Positions 31,294 through 40,639 of a stretch of 64,000 nucleotides of DNA are shown in pieces. The stretch is from Pelagibacteraceae bacterium (GTDB lineage: Bacteria; Pseudomonadota; Alphaproteobacteria; Methylaequorales; Methylaequoraceae): positions 1,970-65,969 of the forward strand of contig JBELJQ010000002.1 of the NCBI GenBank assembly GCA_042090305.1, written 5' to 3'. Position numbers and translations under genes: made by a program. The notes under the pieces are model-generated. The model had not been told where the DNA came from and ran no database searches. It saw only the letters and a list, made by a program, of their open reading frames with translations. Position 1 is the first letter of the stretch, and each line of letters opens with the position of its first letter.

Positions 31294-32517
31294 TTAAATA
31301 ATCTTTTTTTCTTTTAGAATCTTAATTTGTTTTTTACTTAATTTTAGAAATTTAGATAAGATTTTTTCAGTATCCTCTCCTAATGATGGGGGGCTTTTTT
31401 TATACTTAACTTTGCTTTCTGAAAACTTTATTGGATTTCCAATTATCTTAATCTTTCTATTTAATTTTTTGTGAGTCATTTCAATTTTCATTTTTCTGGA
31501 ATTCACTTGAGGGTCGTCGAATACTTGTTTTATATTATTTATTGGCCCACATGGAACATTTAATTTATTGAGTCCTGAAACCCATTGATTTATAGTTTTA
31601 AGTTTCAAGATTTTTAGTATTTTTTTATTAAGTTGGTCTCTATTTTTTACCCTCAATGAGTTTGTATTAAATTTTGGGTCTTTATGTAAGTCAGGTATAC
31701 CAGCAAACTCACAAAATTTTCTAAACTGTCTATCATTTGCTATAGCTAAAACCATCAAGCCATCTTTTGCCTCAACAGTTTGATAAGGGACAATCGAGGG
31801 GTGGTCATTACCAATTCTAGTTGGTATTTTTTTTGAAATAAGATAACTTTGCGCAACATAACTTAACCATGATACTTGAGAATCCATTAATGATATATCC
31901 AAATGCTGACCTTTTGATGTTATATCTCTAAATCTAAGAGCAGCTAAGATTGCATTTGATGCATACAAACCCGTAATAATATCTGAAACTCCTACACCTA
32001 TTTTAGTAGGGTCTCCATTTCTTTCTCCTGTGATACTCATAATCCCACCCATTGCTTGGACTAAATAGTCATAACCACCTCTTTTTGAGTAAGGTCCACT
32101 TTGACCAAAACCTGTTATGGAACAATATATTATTTTAGGGTTAATTTTTATTATACTTTTGTAATCTAAACCATATTGTTTTAAATTACCGGCTCTAAAA
32201 TTTTCAACTAAAACATCACATTTTTTTATTAATTTTAGAATTAGGGTTTGTCCCTCTTTTTTTGTTAGATCGATGGTTATGGAATGCTTATTTCTATTAA
32301 CACTTAGAAAATATGCGCTTTCTTTTGGTTGTTTTGAGTCATTATCAAGATAAGGAGGACCAAGGTTCCTTGAGTCATCACCTGTAATGGGTCGTTCGAT
32401 TTTAATAATATTCGCACCAAGATCACCTAATAGTTGTGTCGATGTGGGACCAGCCAGAACTCTTGTTAAATCTAATATGTTTATACCTTCAAGAGGTTGT
32501 CTAATTTTGTTTTTCAT
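31294..32517 (-). CDS. Family III CoA-transferase (CaiB/BaiF)
   Basis: LDLTRVLAGPTSTQLLGDLGANIIKIERPITGDDSR N-terminal signature. 407 aa. Confidence 0.85.
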   Translation of the reverse strand: MKNKIRQPLEGINILDLTRVLAGPTSTQLLGDLGANIIKIERPITGDDSRNLGPPYLDNDSKQPKESAYFLSVNRNKHSITIDLTKKEGQTLILKLIKKCDVLVENFRAGNLKQYGLDYKSIIKINPKIIYCSITGFGQSGPYSKRGGYDYLVQAMGGIMSITGERNGDPTKIGVGVSDIITGLYASNAILAALRFRDITSKGQHLDISLMDSQVSWLSYVAQSYLISKKIPTRIGNDHPSIVPYQTVEAKDGLMVLAIANDRQFRKFCEFAGIPDLHKDPKFNTNSLRVKNRDQLNKKILKILKLKTINQWVSGLNKLNVPCGPINNIKQVFDDPQVNSRKMKIEMTHKKLNRKIKIIGNPIKFSESKVKYKKSPPSLGEDTEKILSKFLKLSKKQIKILKEKKII

Positions 32518-32971
32518 TAGGTTTATTTTCTCTTAAAAAATCATCTAAAATTATTTTTGCGGCATATTTATCAATTTTTTGTTTTTTTTTTAAAATACCT
32601 TTAGTAAGAATTTCTGCCTCAAAACTAGAATAATTTTCATCCCAAAAGTGAATAGGAATATTTATCTTACTATCTAGTAAATTAAAATCCATATTTTTAG
32701 TAATATCTACTATAAATTGTGAAATTTTATTTAAAGAACCATTTTCATTAAGCGGCAAACCAACAAGAATAGCCCCAACTTCGTATTCTTTTATTATTTT
32801 TATTATTTTTTCATAGAAGTTTTTATCTCGTATCAATGTATCAATTGGTGTTGCTATACTTTGTAATTTATTAGATATTGCTAGCCCAATCTTTTTTTTT
32901 CCAAAATCGATGCATAAAATCTTTTCATCATCAATAGAATTTAAGAATTCTTTTATATTGCGAATTATCAT
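32501..32971 (-). CDS. ruvX: Putative pre-16S rRNA nuclease / Holliday junction resolvase-like YqgF
   Basis: ILCIDFGKKKIGLAISN and GLPLNENGS motifs. Divergent from gatC, as in alphaproteobacteria. Confidence 0.85.
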   Translation of the reverse strand: MIIRNIKEFLNSIDDEKILCIDFGKKKIGLAISNKLQSIATPIDTLIRDKNFYEKIIKIIKEYEVGAILVGLPLNENGSLNKISQFIVDITKNMDFNLLDSKINIPIHFWDENYSSFEAEILTKGILKKKQKIDKYAAKIILDDFLRENKPNEKQN

Positions 32972-33017
32972 AACCAGTGTTATTTATAATCTATCATATA
33001 TCTATAATATATTAAAA

Positions 33018-33305
33018 ATGTCCATTGATAATTCTACAGTAAAAAAAGTTGCAATGTTAGCTAGAATAAAAATCGAAACTAGCGATGAGGAAAACTTAAA
33101 GGGAGAGCTCAACAATATTTTAGAATGGGTTGATATGCTTAAAAAGGTTAATACGGAGAACACTGATCCAATGCTTTCAGTGTTCAATGAATCTATGCCT
33201 ATGAGAGATGATAACCCTAATTGTTTGTATTCTAATGAAGATATTCTATCAAATGCTCCTGATAGAAAATCTGGTTTTTTTATCGTGCCCAAGGTTATTG
33301 AGTGA
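33018..33305 (+). CDS. gatC: Glu/Asp-tRNA amidotransferase subunit C
   Basis: [20 protein letters not shown]...NILEWVDML is typical GatC. The track start at 32910 would overlap ruvX and add 36 unrelated residues. Confidence 0.9.
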   Translation: MSIDNSTVKKVAMLARIKIETSDEENLKGELNNILEWVDMLKKVNTENTDPMLSVFNESMPMRDDNPNCLYSNEDILSNAPDRKSGFFIVPKVIE

Positions 33306-34756
33306 CAGATTTTTCAAAGTTAAATATTCGAAGTGCTCTGAAAGGATTGAAAAACAAAGAGTTTACATCAACTGAGTTAACGGAATTTTTTATAAAAAAA
33401 ATAGAATCAAATAACAAACTTAATTGTTTTATAACAAATACTTTTGATATTGCACTTGAAATGGCAAAGAAATCTGATCTTAAAATACAAAAAAATGAAA
33501 ATATCGGTCCCTTACAGGGTATTCCAATAGGAATGAAAGATCTATTTTGTACTAAAAATGTAAGAACAACGGCTGGTTCAAAGATTCTAGAAAAATTTGT
33601 ACCATTTTATGAGTCTACAGTTTCACAAAATTTGTGGAATTCTGGAGCTGTTCTTTTAGGTAAAACAAATATGGATGAGTTTGCCATGGGTTCAGCAAAT
33701 ACAACGAGTTTTTTTGGTAATGTTATAAACCCGATTAAATCAAAGAATAATCCAAAAGAATTAGTACCTGGAGGATCATCTGGTGGGTCAGCAGCCTCTG
33801 TTGCTTCATATCAATGTCTTGCTGCAACTGGTTCAGATACTGGCGGATCAATTAGGCAACCGGCATCATTTTGTGGGCTCGTGGGTTTAAAACCGACATA
33901 TGGAAGGTGTTCACGGTTTGGAATGGTTGCATTTGCATCCTCTTTAGACCAAGCTGGACCAATCACTCTTACTGTTGAAGATTCAGCTATAATGCTTCAG
34001 TCGATGGTTAGTTATGATTCCAAGGATTCAACTAGTTCGAAAAAAGAAATACCTGATTTTCTTGATTTTAAAAACTTTGATTGTAAAGGAAAAAAAATTG
34101 GAATTCCTAAAGAGTATTCTTTAGATGGATTGAATTCTGAAATTAAAAAAATATGGGATAACGGAATAAATTGGCTCAAGTCTGCTGGGGCAGAAATTAT
34201 TGATATTTCCTTACCTCATACAGAATCGGCTTTACCAACTTACTATATAATTGCTCCAGCTGAGGCGTCAGCTAATTTAGCTAGGTATGACGGTATTAGG
34301 TATGGGTATAGAGCAGAAAATAAAAGTGAACTCAATGATCTTTATGAATATACAAGGGCAGAGGGTTTTGGAAAGGAAGTTAAAAGAAGACTTATGATTG
34401 GAACTTATGTTTTATCTGCAGGTTATTATGATGCTTATTATCTTAAAGCACTTAAAGTTAGAAAGTTAATTTCTGATGATTTCGCAAAAGTCTTTAAGGA
34501 ATGCGATGTAATTTTAACCCCAACAACCCCTAATGTTGCTTTTCCCATAGGTGAAAAACAATCGGATCCAATTGAGATGTATTTGAATGATGTTTTAACG
34601 GTTCCAGCAAGCCTTGCTGGACTTCCTGCTATTTCGATTTCTTCTGGATTTAATAAAGAACAGTTACCGGTGGGTTTGCAAATAATAGGTAAACCATTCG
34701 ACGAAGTTTCTATTCTTGGAGTAGCAAAAACTATTGAGGATTCTAGAGGTTTTTAA
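33302..34756 (+). CDS. gatA: Glu/Asp-tRNA amidotransferase subunit A
   Basis: Amidase signature [12 protein letters not shown]...[15 protein letters not shown] start overlaps the gatC stop. Confidence 0.96.
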   Translation: MTDFSKLNIRSALKGLKNKEFTSTELTEFFIKKIESNNKLNCFITNTFDIALEMAKKSDLKIQKNENIGPLQGIPIGMKDLFCTKNVRTTAGSKILEKFVPFYESTVSQNLWNSGAVLLGKTNMDEFAMGSANTTSFFGNVINPIKSKNNPKELVPGGSSGGSAASVASYQCLAATGSDTGGSIRQPASFCGLVGLKPTYGRCSRFGMVAFASSLDQAGPITLTVEDSAIMLQSMVSYDSKDSTSSKKEIPDFLDFKNFDCKGKKIGIPKEYSLDGLNSEIKKIWDNGINWLKSAGAEIIDISLPHTESALPTYYIIAPAEASANLARYDGIRYGYRAENKSELNDLYEYTRAEGFGKEVKRRLMIGTYVLSAGYYDAYYLKALKVRKLISDDFAKVFKECDVILTPTTPNVAFPIGEKQSDPIEMYLNDVLTVPASLAGLPAISISSGFNKEQLPVGLQIIGKPFDEVSILGVAKTIEDSRGF

Positions 34757-36208
34757 ATGGAATATTTTATTGAAGGAAAATCAAGTAATTGGGAGGTGGT
34801 CTTAGGACTAGAGGTTCACGCTCAAATTAGTTCTAAATCTAAGCTTTTTTCAAGTGCACCAACTGATTGGGGAGGAGAGCCTAACACCCAAGTTGAATTA
34901 GTTGATTGCGGAATGCCAGGTGCACTTCCCGTAATAAACGAATATTGTGTGAATCAGGCTATTTTAACTGGACTTAGCCTTGATGCTGTCATCAACAAAA
35001 AATCAGTTTTTGATAGAAAAAACTATTTTTACCCAGATTTACCCCAGGGATATCAAATCTCTCAGTTTGAATTTCCAATTATTGGAAAAGGTTCATTGAG
35101 TATTAACATAGATGGTAATGAAAAAGTAATAGGTATAACAAGAATTCACCTAGAACAAGATGCGGGAAAAAGTATTCATGATCAGGAAGTTAATAATTCT
35201 TTTATAGATTTAAATAGATCTGGTTGTGCTTTAATGGAAATCGTTTCTGAGCCAGATATGAGTAGTCCAATTGAAGCTGCAGAATATGTTAAAAAGTTAA
35301 GAAATATTTTAAAATATATAGGTAGTTGTGATGGGAATATGGAAAAAGGAAACCTTAGAGCTGATGTTAATGTATCAGTGAGAAAAAAGGGGGGCGAGTT
35401 GGGAACAAGGTGTGAGATAAAAAATGTAAATTCAATAAAATATATTCAACAAGCGATTGAATATGAGGCTAACCGTCAAGTAAATCTCATTGAAGCGGGT
35501 AAAACAATAACACAAGAAACACGTTTATTTGATCCTGATAAGAATGAAACTCGATCAATGCGAGGAAAAGAAGAGTCTCATGATTATAGATACTTTCCAG
35601 ATCCTGATTTACCCCCTCTTATTTTGGATGATAAAATGATTGATAACCTTCGTTCAAATCTTCCAGAACTTCCGGATCAAAAAAAGGCGAGATTCATTAA
35701 AGATTTTAAAATATCAAGTTATGACGCTGAAGTTCTTATTAATGATAAGTTTATATCAGACTTTTTTGAAGAAATTGTTAAAGGAAGAGATTCAAAGGTT
35801 GTTATAAGTTGGATAACGGTTGAGTTATTCTCATACTTAAAAAAAATTAACAAAACTCTCGAAGAAACTGCAATTAAAACAAAAAAAATCAGCTCGCTCA
35901 TTGATTTAATTATCAATGGTAAAATATCTAATCGACAAGCAAAAGATATCTTTGAGGATTACTTGAAAAGTGAAATCTATGCAAATGATTATATTGAAGA
36001 AAAAGGACTTGTTCAGTTATCTGATTCATCACAAATTGAGGGTTTAATTCAAAAAGTATTAGATGAAAATATAAAAATGGTAGAACAATACAAACAAGGA
36101 AAAGACAAATTATTTGGTTTTTTTGTTGGCCAAGTTATGAAAGTTTCTAATGGTAAAGCAAACCCAAAAATGGTAAATGAGATTTTAAAAAGCAAATTAT
36201 CAAATTGA
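34757..36208 (+). CDS. gatB: Glu/Asp-tRNA amidotransferase subunit B
   Basis: GLEVHAQ, DRKNYFYPDLPQGYQISQ, RIHLEQDAGK motifs. Confidence 0.96.
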   Translation: MEYFIEGKSSNWEVVLGLEVHAQISSKSKLFSSAPTDWGGEPNTQVELVDCGMPGALPVINEYCVNQAILTGLSLDAVINKKSVFDRKNYFYPDLPQGYQISQFEFPIIGKGSLSINIDGNEKVIGITRIHLEQDAGKSIHDQEVNNSFIDLNRSGCALMEIVSEPDMSSPIEAAEYVKKLRNILKYIGSCDGNMEKGNLRADVNVSVRKKGGELGTRCEIKNVNSIKYIQQAIEYEANRQVNLIEAGKTITQETRLFDPDKNETRSMRGKEESHDYRYFPDPDLPPLILDDKMIDNLRSNLPELPDQKKARFIKDFKISSYDAEVLINDKFISDFFEEIVKGRDSKVVISWITVELFSYLKKINKTLEETAIKTKKISSLIDLIINGKISNRQAKDIFEDYLKSEIYANDYIEEKGLVQLSDSSQIEGLIQKVLDENIKMVEQYKQGKDKLFGFFVGQVMKVSNGKANPKMVNEILKSKLSN

Positions 36209-36218
36209 ATAACCTTAT

Positions 36219-36310
36219 GGAGAGGTGGCCGAGTGGCTGAAGGCGACGGTTTGCTAAACCGTTATAGGTGGCAACACCTATCGTGGGTTCGAATCCCATC
36301 CTCTCCGCCA
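36219..36310 (+). tRNA. tRNA-Ser (anticodon GCT), CCA encoded
   Basis: Hand-folded. Acceptor GGAGAGG/CCTCTCC, anticodon stem ACGGT/ACCGT with loop TTGCTAA, long variable arm (TATAGGTGGCAACACCTATC), T-loop GGTTCGAATCC, 3' GCCA. Confidence 0.93.
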
Positions 36311-36379
36311 CTAATAGCATATTAAAATTCCTAATAAATAAAACTTAATAAAAGAAATCCATTAAGATAATTGTGGTAT

Positions 36380-36814
36380 TTATATGGTAGTATTAAAATT
36401 TGCTAAAGTGAAATAATAAATCAAATTGCAGATATGAAAAAGGATTCCGATGATAATGATTAAAAAAGAGATTGCGGTAATTCGCATTCCTAATCTTCTT
36501 TTAGCTAAGTCCTCATTCGAATTTAAAATAGAATCTGAGTGTACCTTTCTTCCTATGCAAAGCATTAAAACTGATGCGAATGATATGTAATGGTAACTGT
36601 TAAAATATAAAATCAAACTTAGTAGTAAGCAAAATGGAACTGTTTCGCAAAAATTAGAGTGCGCCCTTATGGCTCTATGAAGGTCTTCATTGTTATATCC
36701 AAGAGGTGTTTTATTACCTCTTCTTAGTCTGGTTACATTTTTGAATAGTGAAAAATAAAGAACCACAAGATATAATATTGTAACTAGGTAAAGAATTTGA
36801 AAAAGCGTGTTCAT
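36380..36814 (-). CDS. MAPEG-family membrane protein (glutathione-transferase-like)
   Basis: 144 aa, four hydrophobic helices, RAHSNFCETVPF motif resembling the MAPEG RAHxNxxExxP signature. Confidence 0.5.
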   Translation of the reverse strand: MNTLFQILYLVTILYLVVLYFSLFKNVTRLRRGNKTPLGYNNEDLHRAIRAHSNFCETVPFCLLLSLILYFNSYHYISFASVLMLCIGRKVHSDSILNSNEDLAKRRLGMRITAISFLIIIIGILFHICNLIYYFTLANFNTTI

Positions 36815-36867
36815 TTTATAAGTTTAAGTATTACATATTAATTATTATTTATAAATAAGGAATAATT

Positions 36868-38289
36868 ATGAAAGATAAAGTATCAATTCATTGGTTTAGA
36901 CAGGACCTAAGGCTAAATGATAACCCTTCTCTAACTTACTTATCAAATAAATCTAGTAAAGTTGTTTGTGTATATATATACGATAATATAAATTGTGACA
37001 GAGAGCTTGGTTCAGCAAGTAAAATCTGGTTACATCATTCTCTTAATTCGTTAAATAGTGACTTAAATGGAAAACTTATTATTTTAAAGGGTGATCCTTT
37101 AAAAGAAATTGATAAACTCAGGAATTTTTTTGATATTCAGGAAATTACATGGAATAGATGTTATGAACCTTGGTCAATTAAAAGAGACGTTAAAATAAAG
37201 GAATATTTTAAAGATATTTTTTCCGTAAGATCATTTAATGGTTTACTATTATGGGAACCGTGGAATATACTTAAAGATAATGGAACTCCATATAAGGTGT
37301 TCACTCCTTATTATAAAAGGGGGTGTTTAGCAAATCCTTTGCCTGCGAAGCCTCAGTCATATGTTCCAAACTTTTCAAATCATAATTTTAAAGATACAGG
37401 GCCGGATAGCTTAGGTCTGCTTAGTGGGAAAATATGGGAAAAAAAAATTCAGGCCAATTGGCAAATAAGTGAACTTTCTGGTTTAAATTTAATGAAAAGT
37501 TTTTTTTCTGATAAATTAAATAACTATGCAGAGGGAAGAAACTTTCCTTCGCAACAGAATGTATCTAGACTCTCCCCCTACATTCACTGGGGACAGTTAT
37601 CTGTAAATACACTTTGGAATGAAGCTGAGAAATTGGAGTCAAAAGGTAATGATATAAATTTAGAAATATTTAAGAGTGAATTAGCATGGAGAGAGTTCGC
37701 ATATTATTTACTTTATCATTGTCCTAAGCTTTCTAAAGAAAACCTTCAAACTAAATTTGATAAATTTCCCTGGAAAAAAAATACTGATTTTTTTAATTCA
37801 TGGATAGAGGGAAAGACCGGTTATCCTATTATAGACGCTGGAATGAGAGAACTCTATCAAACTGGTTATATGCATAATAGAGTAAGAATGATTGTGGGTT
37901 CATTTCTTGTTAAGAACTTATTAATCGACTGGAGAGATGGAGAAAATTGGTTTTGGGATTGTCTATTTGACGCCAGCCCTGCTAGTAATCCTGCAAGCTG
38001 GCAATGGGTTTCAGGTACCGGAACTGATTCTGCACCATACTTCAGAATATTTAACCCTATTACGCAAGGTAAAAAGTTCGATCCTGATGGAGAATATATT
38101 AAAAAATTTGTTCCCGAATTAAAAAACTTACCGGATAAATATATATTCTGCCCTTGGGAAACCCCATGTGAAATCCAAAAAAAAGTGAATCTTTTTTTAG
38201 GAAAAGACTATCCGACTCCTCTAGTTGATATTAAAGAATCTAGAGAGAGAGCTCTTCATGCATTTACATCAATAAAACAAAAAAATTAA
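36868..38289 (+). CDS. phrB: Deoxyribodipyrimidine (CPD) photolyase, class I
   Basis: WFRQDLRLNDNPSL, TGYPIIDAGMRELYQTGYMHNRVRMIVGSFL, NPASWQWVSGTGTDSAPYFRIFNP. Confidence 0.93.
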   Translation: MKDKVSIHWFRQDLRLNDNPSLTYLSNKSSKVVCVYIYDNINCDRELGSASKIWLHHSLNSLNSDLNGKLIILKGDPLKEIDKLRNFFDIQEITWNRCYEPWSIKRDVKIKEYFKDIFSVRSFNGLLLWEPWNILKDNGTPYKVFTPYYKRGCLANPLPAKPQSYVPNFSNHNFKDTGPDSLGLLSGKIWEKKIQANWQISELSGLNLMKSFFSDKLNNYAEGRNFPSQQNVSRLSPYIHWGQLSVNTLWNEAEKLESKGNDINLEIFKSELAWREFAYYLLYHCPKLSKENLQTKFDKFPWKKNTDFFNSWIEGKTGYPIIDAGMRELYQTGYMHNRVRMIVGSFLVKNLLIDWRDGENWFWDCLFDASPASNPASWQWVSGTGTDSAPYFRIFNPITQGKKFDPDGEYIKKFVPELKNLPDKYIFCPWETPCEIQKKVNLFLGKDYPTPLVDIKESRERALHAFTSIKQKN

Positions 38290-39776
38290 TGAAAAAAAAA
38301 CTATTCTTAATATTAGGAAATCAACTTTTTAATCCCCAATATTTAATGGAATTTAAAAGTGATCATATTTTTTTTATGTGCGAAGATTACCATCTTTGTT
38401 CCTATGAAAAGCATCATAAACACAAAATACTGCTTTTCTTATCTTCAATGAGGTCTTTTAAAGATGAAATGGATACGAATAAGTTTGAATTAATATATAA
38501 AAAAATTAATGAAGAAAGTTTCAAAGTTCAATATTTAGAAAAGTTAGTAAGCGAACTGGAAAATTTAAAAGTTAAAGAAGTTTCTATGTTTGAAATTGAA
38601 GATAAACCGTTTGAAAAAATAATCCTAGATGGATTAGTAAATTTTAAGGTAAATTATATCGATTCACCATCTTTCTTAAGTACAAGGGAAGATTTCAAAA
38701 TTTATCTATCTAATTCTAAGAAGCCATTTATGGCAAATTTTTATAAAACGCAAAGAATAAAACACAATTTATTAATTGATAATGACAATAAACCAGTTGG
38801 AGGAAAGTGGAGCTTTGACTCTGAAAATAGAAAAAAATTACCTAAAAATATAGAAATTCCTGAAAATATTATTTTTAAGGAGACTTTTCATACGAAAGAA
38901 CTAAAAAAAGAAGTTAATCAGAAATTCACAGAAAACCCAGGAGATACAAGAGATTTCTGGCTTGGTACAACAAGAAAAAATGCACAGGAATCTCTTGATC
39001 ATTTTATAAAGTTTAAACTTAATTTATTTGGTGATTATGAAGATGCAGTTGATCAAAGGAATAATATTTTATTTCACTCAGCTTTAAGCCCTTATATAAA
39101 TTTAGGCTTGATAACACCATCAGAAATCTTGTTGAAGCTTAAGTCAATTGATAAAGAAACTAATATTAATTCACTTGAAGGATATATCAGACAAGTTGTT
39201 GGGTGGAGAGAGTTTATCAGAGGTATATACCAGAATTATAGTGAAGAATTAGAATCCAAAAATTTTTTTAATAATAAACGTAAAATGAAAAAAAGTTGGT
39301 ATACCGGAACCACTGGGATACCGCCTCTTGACTATTCTATAAATAATGCATTGAAATACGGTTGGTCTCATCACATAGAAAGATTAATGATATTATCAAA
39401 TATTATGAATCTATCTGGCATAAATCCAAAAGAGGTTTATAGGTGGTTTATGGAAATGTTTGTTGATTCATCAGAGTGGGTTATGACACCAAATGTTTAC
39501 GGTATGGGTTTGTTTAGTGATGGAGGAATATTTGCTACTAAACCTTATATTTGTGGTTCTGCATATTTTCTCAAAATGATGGACTTTAAAAAGGGTGATT
39601 GGTGTCATACAATGGATGGTTTATATTGGAATTTTATAAATAAAAATAGAAATTTTTTTCAAAAAAACCCTAGACTTTCAATGATGGTTAGAATACTTGA
39701 TAAAATGAATAAAGAAAGAAAAGATAAAATCTTTAAAGCAGCTAATGAATTTATAGATAAAAATACTGAAGATTAA
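38289..39776 (+). CDS. Cryptochrome/photolyase-family protein of the CryPro / FeS-BCP (6-4)-photolyase-related group (COG3046-like)
   Basis: GGKWSFDSENRK, YEDAVDQ, LSPYINLGLITP, GWREFIRGIY, GWSHHIERLM, MTPNVYGM motifs. ATGA overlap with phrB. Only 4 Cys in total (31, 37, 422, 439). Confidence 0.8.
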   Translation: MKKKLFLILGNQLFNPQYLMEFKSDHIFFMCEDYHLCSYEKHHKHKILLFLSSMRSFKDEMDTNKFELIYKKINEESFKVQYLEKLVSELENLKVKEVSMFEIEDKPFEKIILDGLVNFKVNYIDSPSFLSTREDFKIYLSNSKKPFMANFYKTQRIKHNLLIDNDNKPVGGKWSFDSENRKKLPKNIEIPENIIFKETFHTKELKKEVNQKFTENPGDTRDFWLGTTRKNAQESLDHFIKFKLNLFGDYEDAVDQRNNILFHSALSPYINLGLITPSEILLKLKSIDKETNINSLEGYIRQVVGWREFIRGIYQNYSEELESKNFFNNKRKMKKSWYTGTTGIPPLDYSINNALKYGWSHHIERLMILSNIMNLSGINPKEVYRWFMEMFVDSSEWVMTPNVYGMGLFSDGGIFATKPYICGSAYFLKMMDFKKGDWCHTMDGLYWNFINKNRNFFQKNPRLSMMVRILDKMNKERKDKIFKAANEFIDKNTED

Positions 39777-39923
39777 ATGGTACATAAAAAACTGCATCTT
39801 CAAACAAAAATTTGTTTTTCTTGTAAAAAAGAATTTTCATGGCGAAAAAAATGGGAAAAGAATTGGGAGAATATAAAGTTCTGCTCTAGGAAATGTTCTA
39901 AGAATTTTACTAAAGTTTTGTAA
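39777..39923 (+). CDS. DUF2256 zinc-ribbon protein (photolyase-associated small protein)
   Basis: Not in the ORF track (48 aa). Hand translation: MVHKKLHLQTKICFSCKKEFSWRKKWEKNWENIKFCSRKCSKNFTKVL. It has the CxxC...WRKKW...CSxxC pattern. Starts immediately after the upstream TAA. Confidence 0.75.
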   Translation: MVHKKLHLQTKICFSCKKEFSWRKKWEKNWENIKFCSRKCSKNFTKVL

Positions 39924-40554
39924 AACGAAGGTAAGGTTTTACAGTCCTAAATGATTTGAAAATATCTCTTGCTTCGTTATCTGATATAGCCGGGATTATT
40001 ATTACCTCCTCACCTTTTTTCCAGTTCACAGGGGTAGCCACTTTTTGCTTTGATGTTAATTGAATCGAGTCAAGGACCCTTAAAATTTCGTTGAAGTTTC
40101 TGCCTGTTGTCATTGGATAAGTCAACATCATTCTAATTTTTTTTTCTGTATCAACTAAAAATACTGATCTAACAGTAGCGTTCGTCATTGCTGTTCTGTT
40201 TTCACTTGCATTTTCATCGGATGGTAACATATTAAATAACTTTGCAACGTGGAGGTTTGAATCAGATATTAAAGGATAATCAATTTTAACACCACTAACT
40301 TCCTCGATATCATTTTTCCATTTATTATGGTCTTCAACCGAATCAATGCTCAGACCTAGTATTTTACAATTTCGTTTTTCAAATTCTTTTTGAATTTGTC
40401 CCATATAGCCAAGTTCTGTTGTACAAACTGGAGTAAAATCTTTTGGGTGTGAAAAAAGTATTGCCCATGAATTATTGATATAATCATGAAATTTTATGGT
40501 CCCGTGAGTAGAATTCGCTTCAAAATCTGGAGACAAACTATTTATTCTTAACAT
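39910..40554 (-). CDS. 1-Cys peroxiredoxin (Prx6-type)
   Basis: HPKDFTPVCTTELG peroxidatic Cys motif. 214 aa with a Prx6-like C-terminal domain. Confidence 0.93.
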   Translation of the reverse strand: MLRINSLSPDFEANSTHGTIKFHDYINNSWAILFSHPKDFTPVCTTELGYMGQIQKEFEKRNCKILGLSIDSVEDHNKWKNDIEEVSGVKIDYPLISDSNLHVAKLFNMLPSDENASENRTAMTNATVRSVFLVDTEKKIRMMLTYPMTTGRNFNEILRVLDSIQLTSKQKVATPVNWKKGEEVIIIPAISDNEARDIFKSFRTVKPYLRFTKL

Positions 40555-40568
40555 AATTAGATATTAAT

Positions 40569-40586
40569 AAAAAAAAAAAAAAAAAA
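40569..40586. repeat. A18 homopolymer in the divergent peroxiredoxin / decarboxylase intergenic region
   Basis: Counted directly: 18 consecutive A, followed 10 nt later by T-rich runs. Confidence 0.9.
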
Positions 40587-40639
40587 TATAACTTTTTTGT
40601 TTTTTTTTCTTGTAATGTTTAAATCCAAGTAAAGATTTT

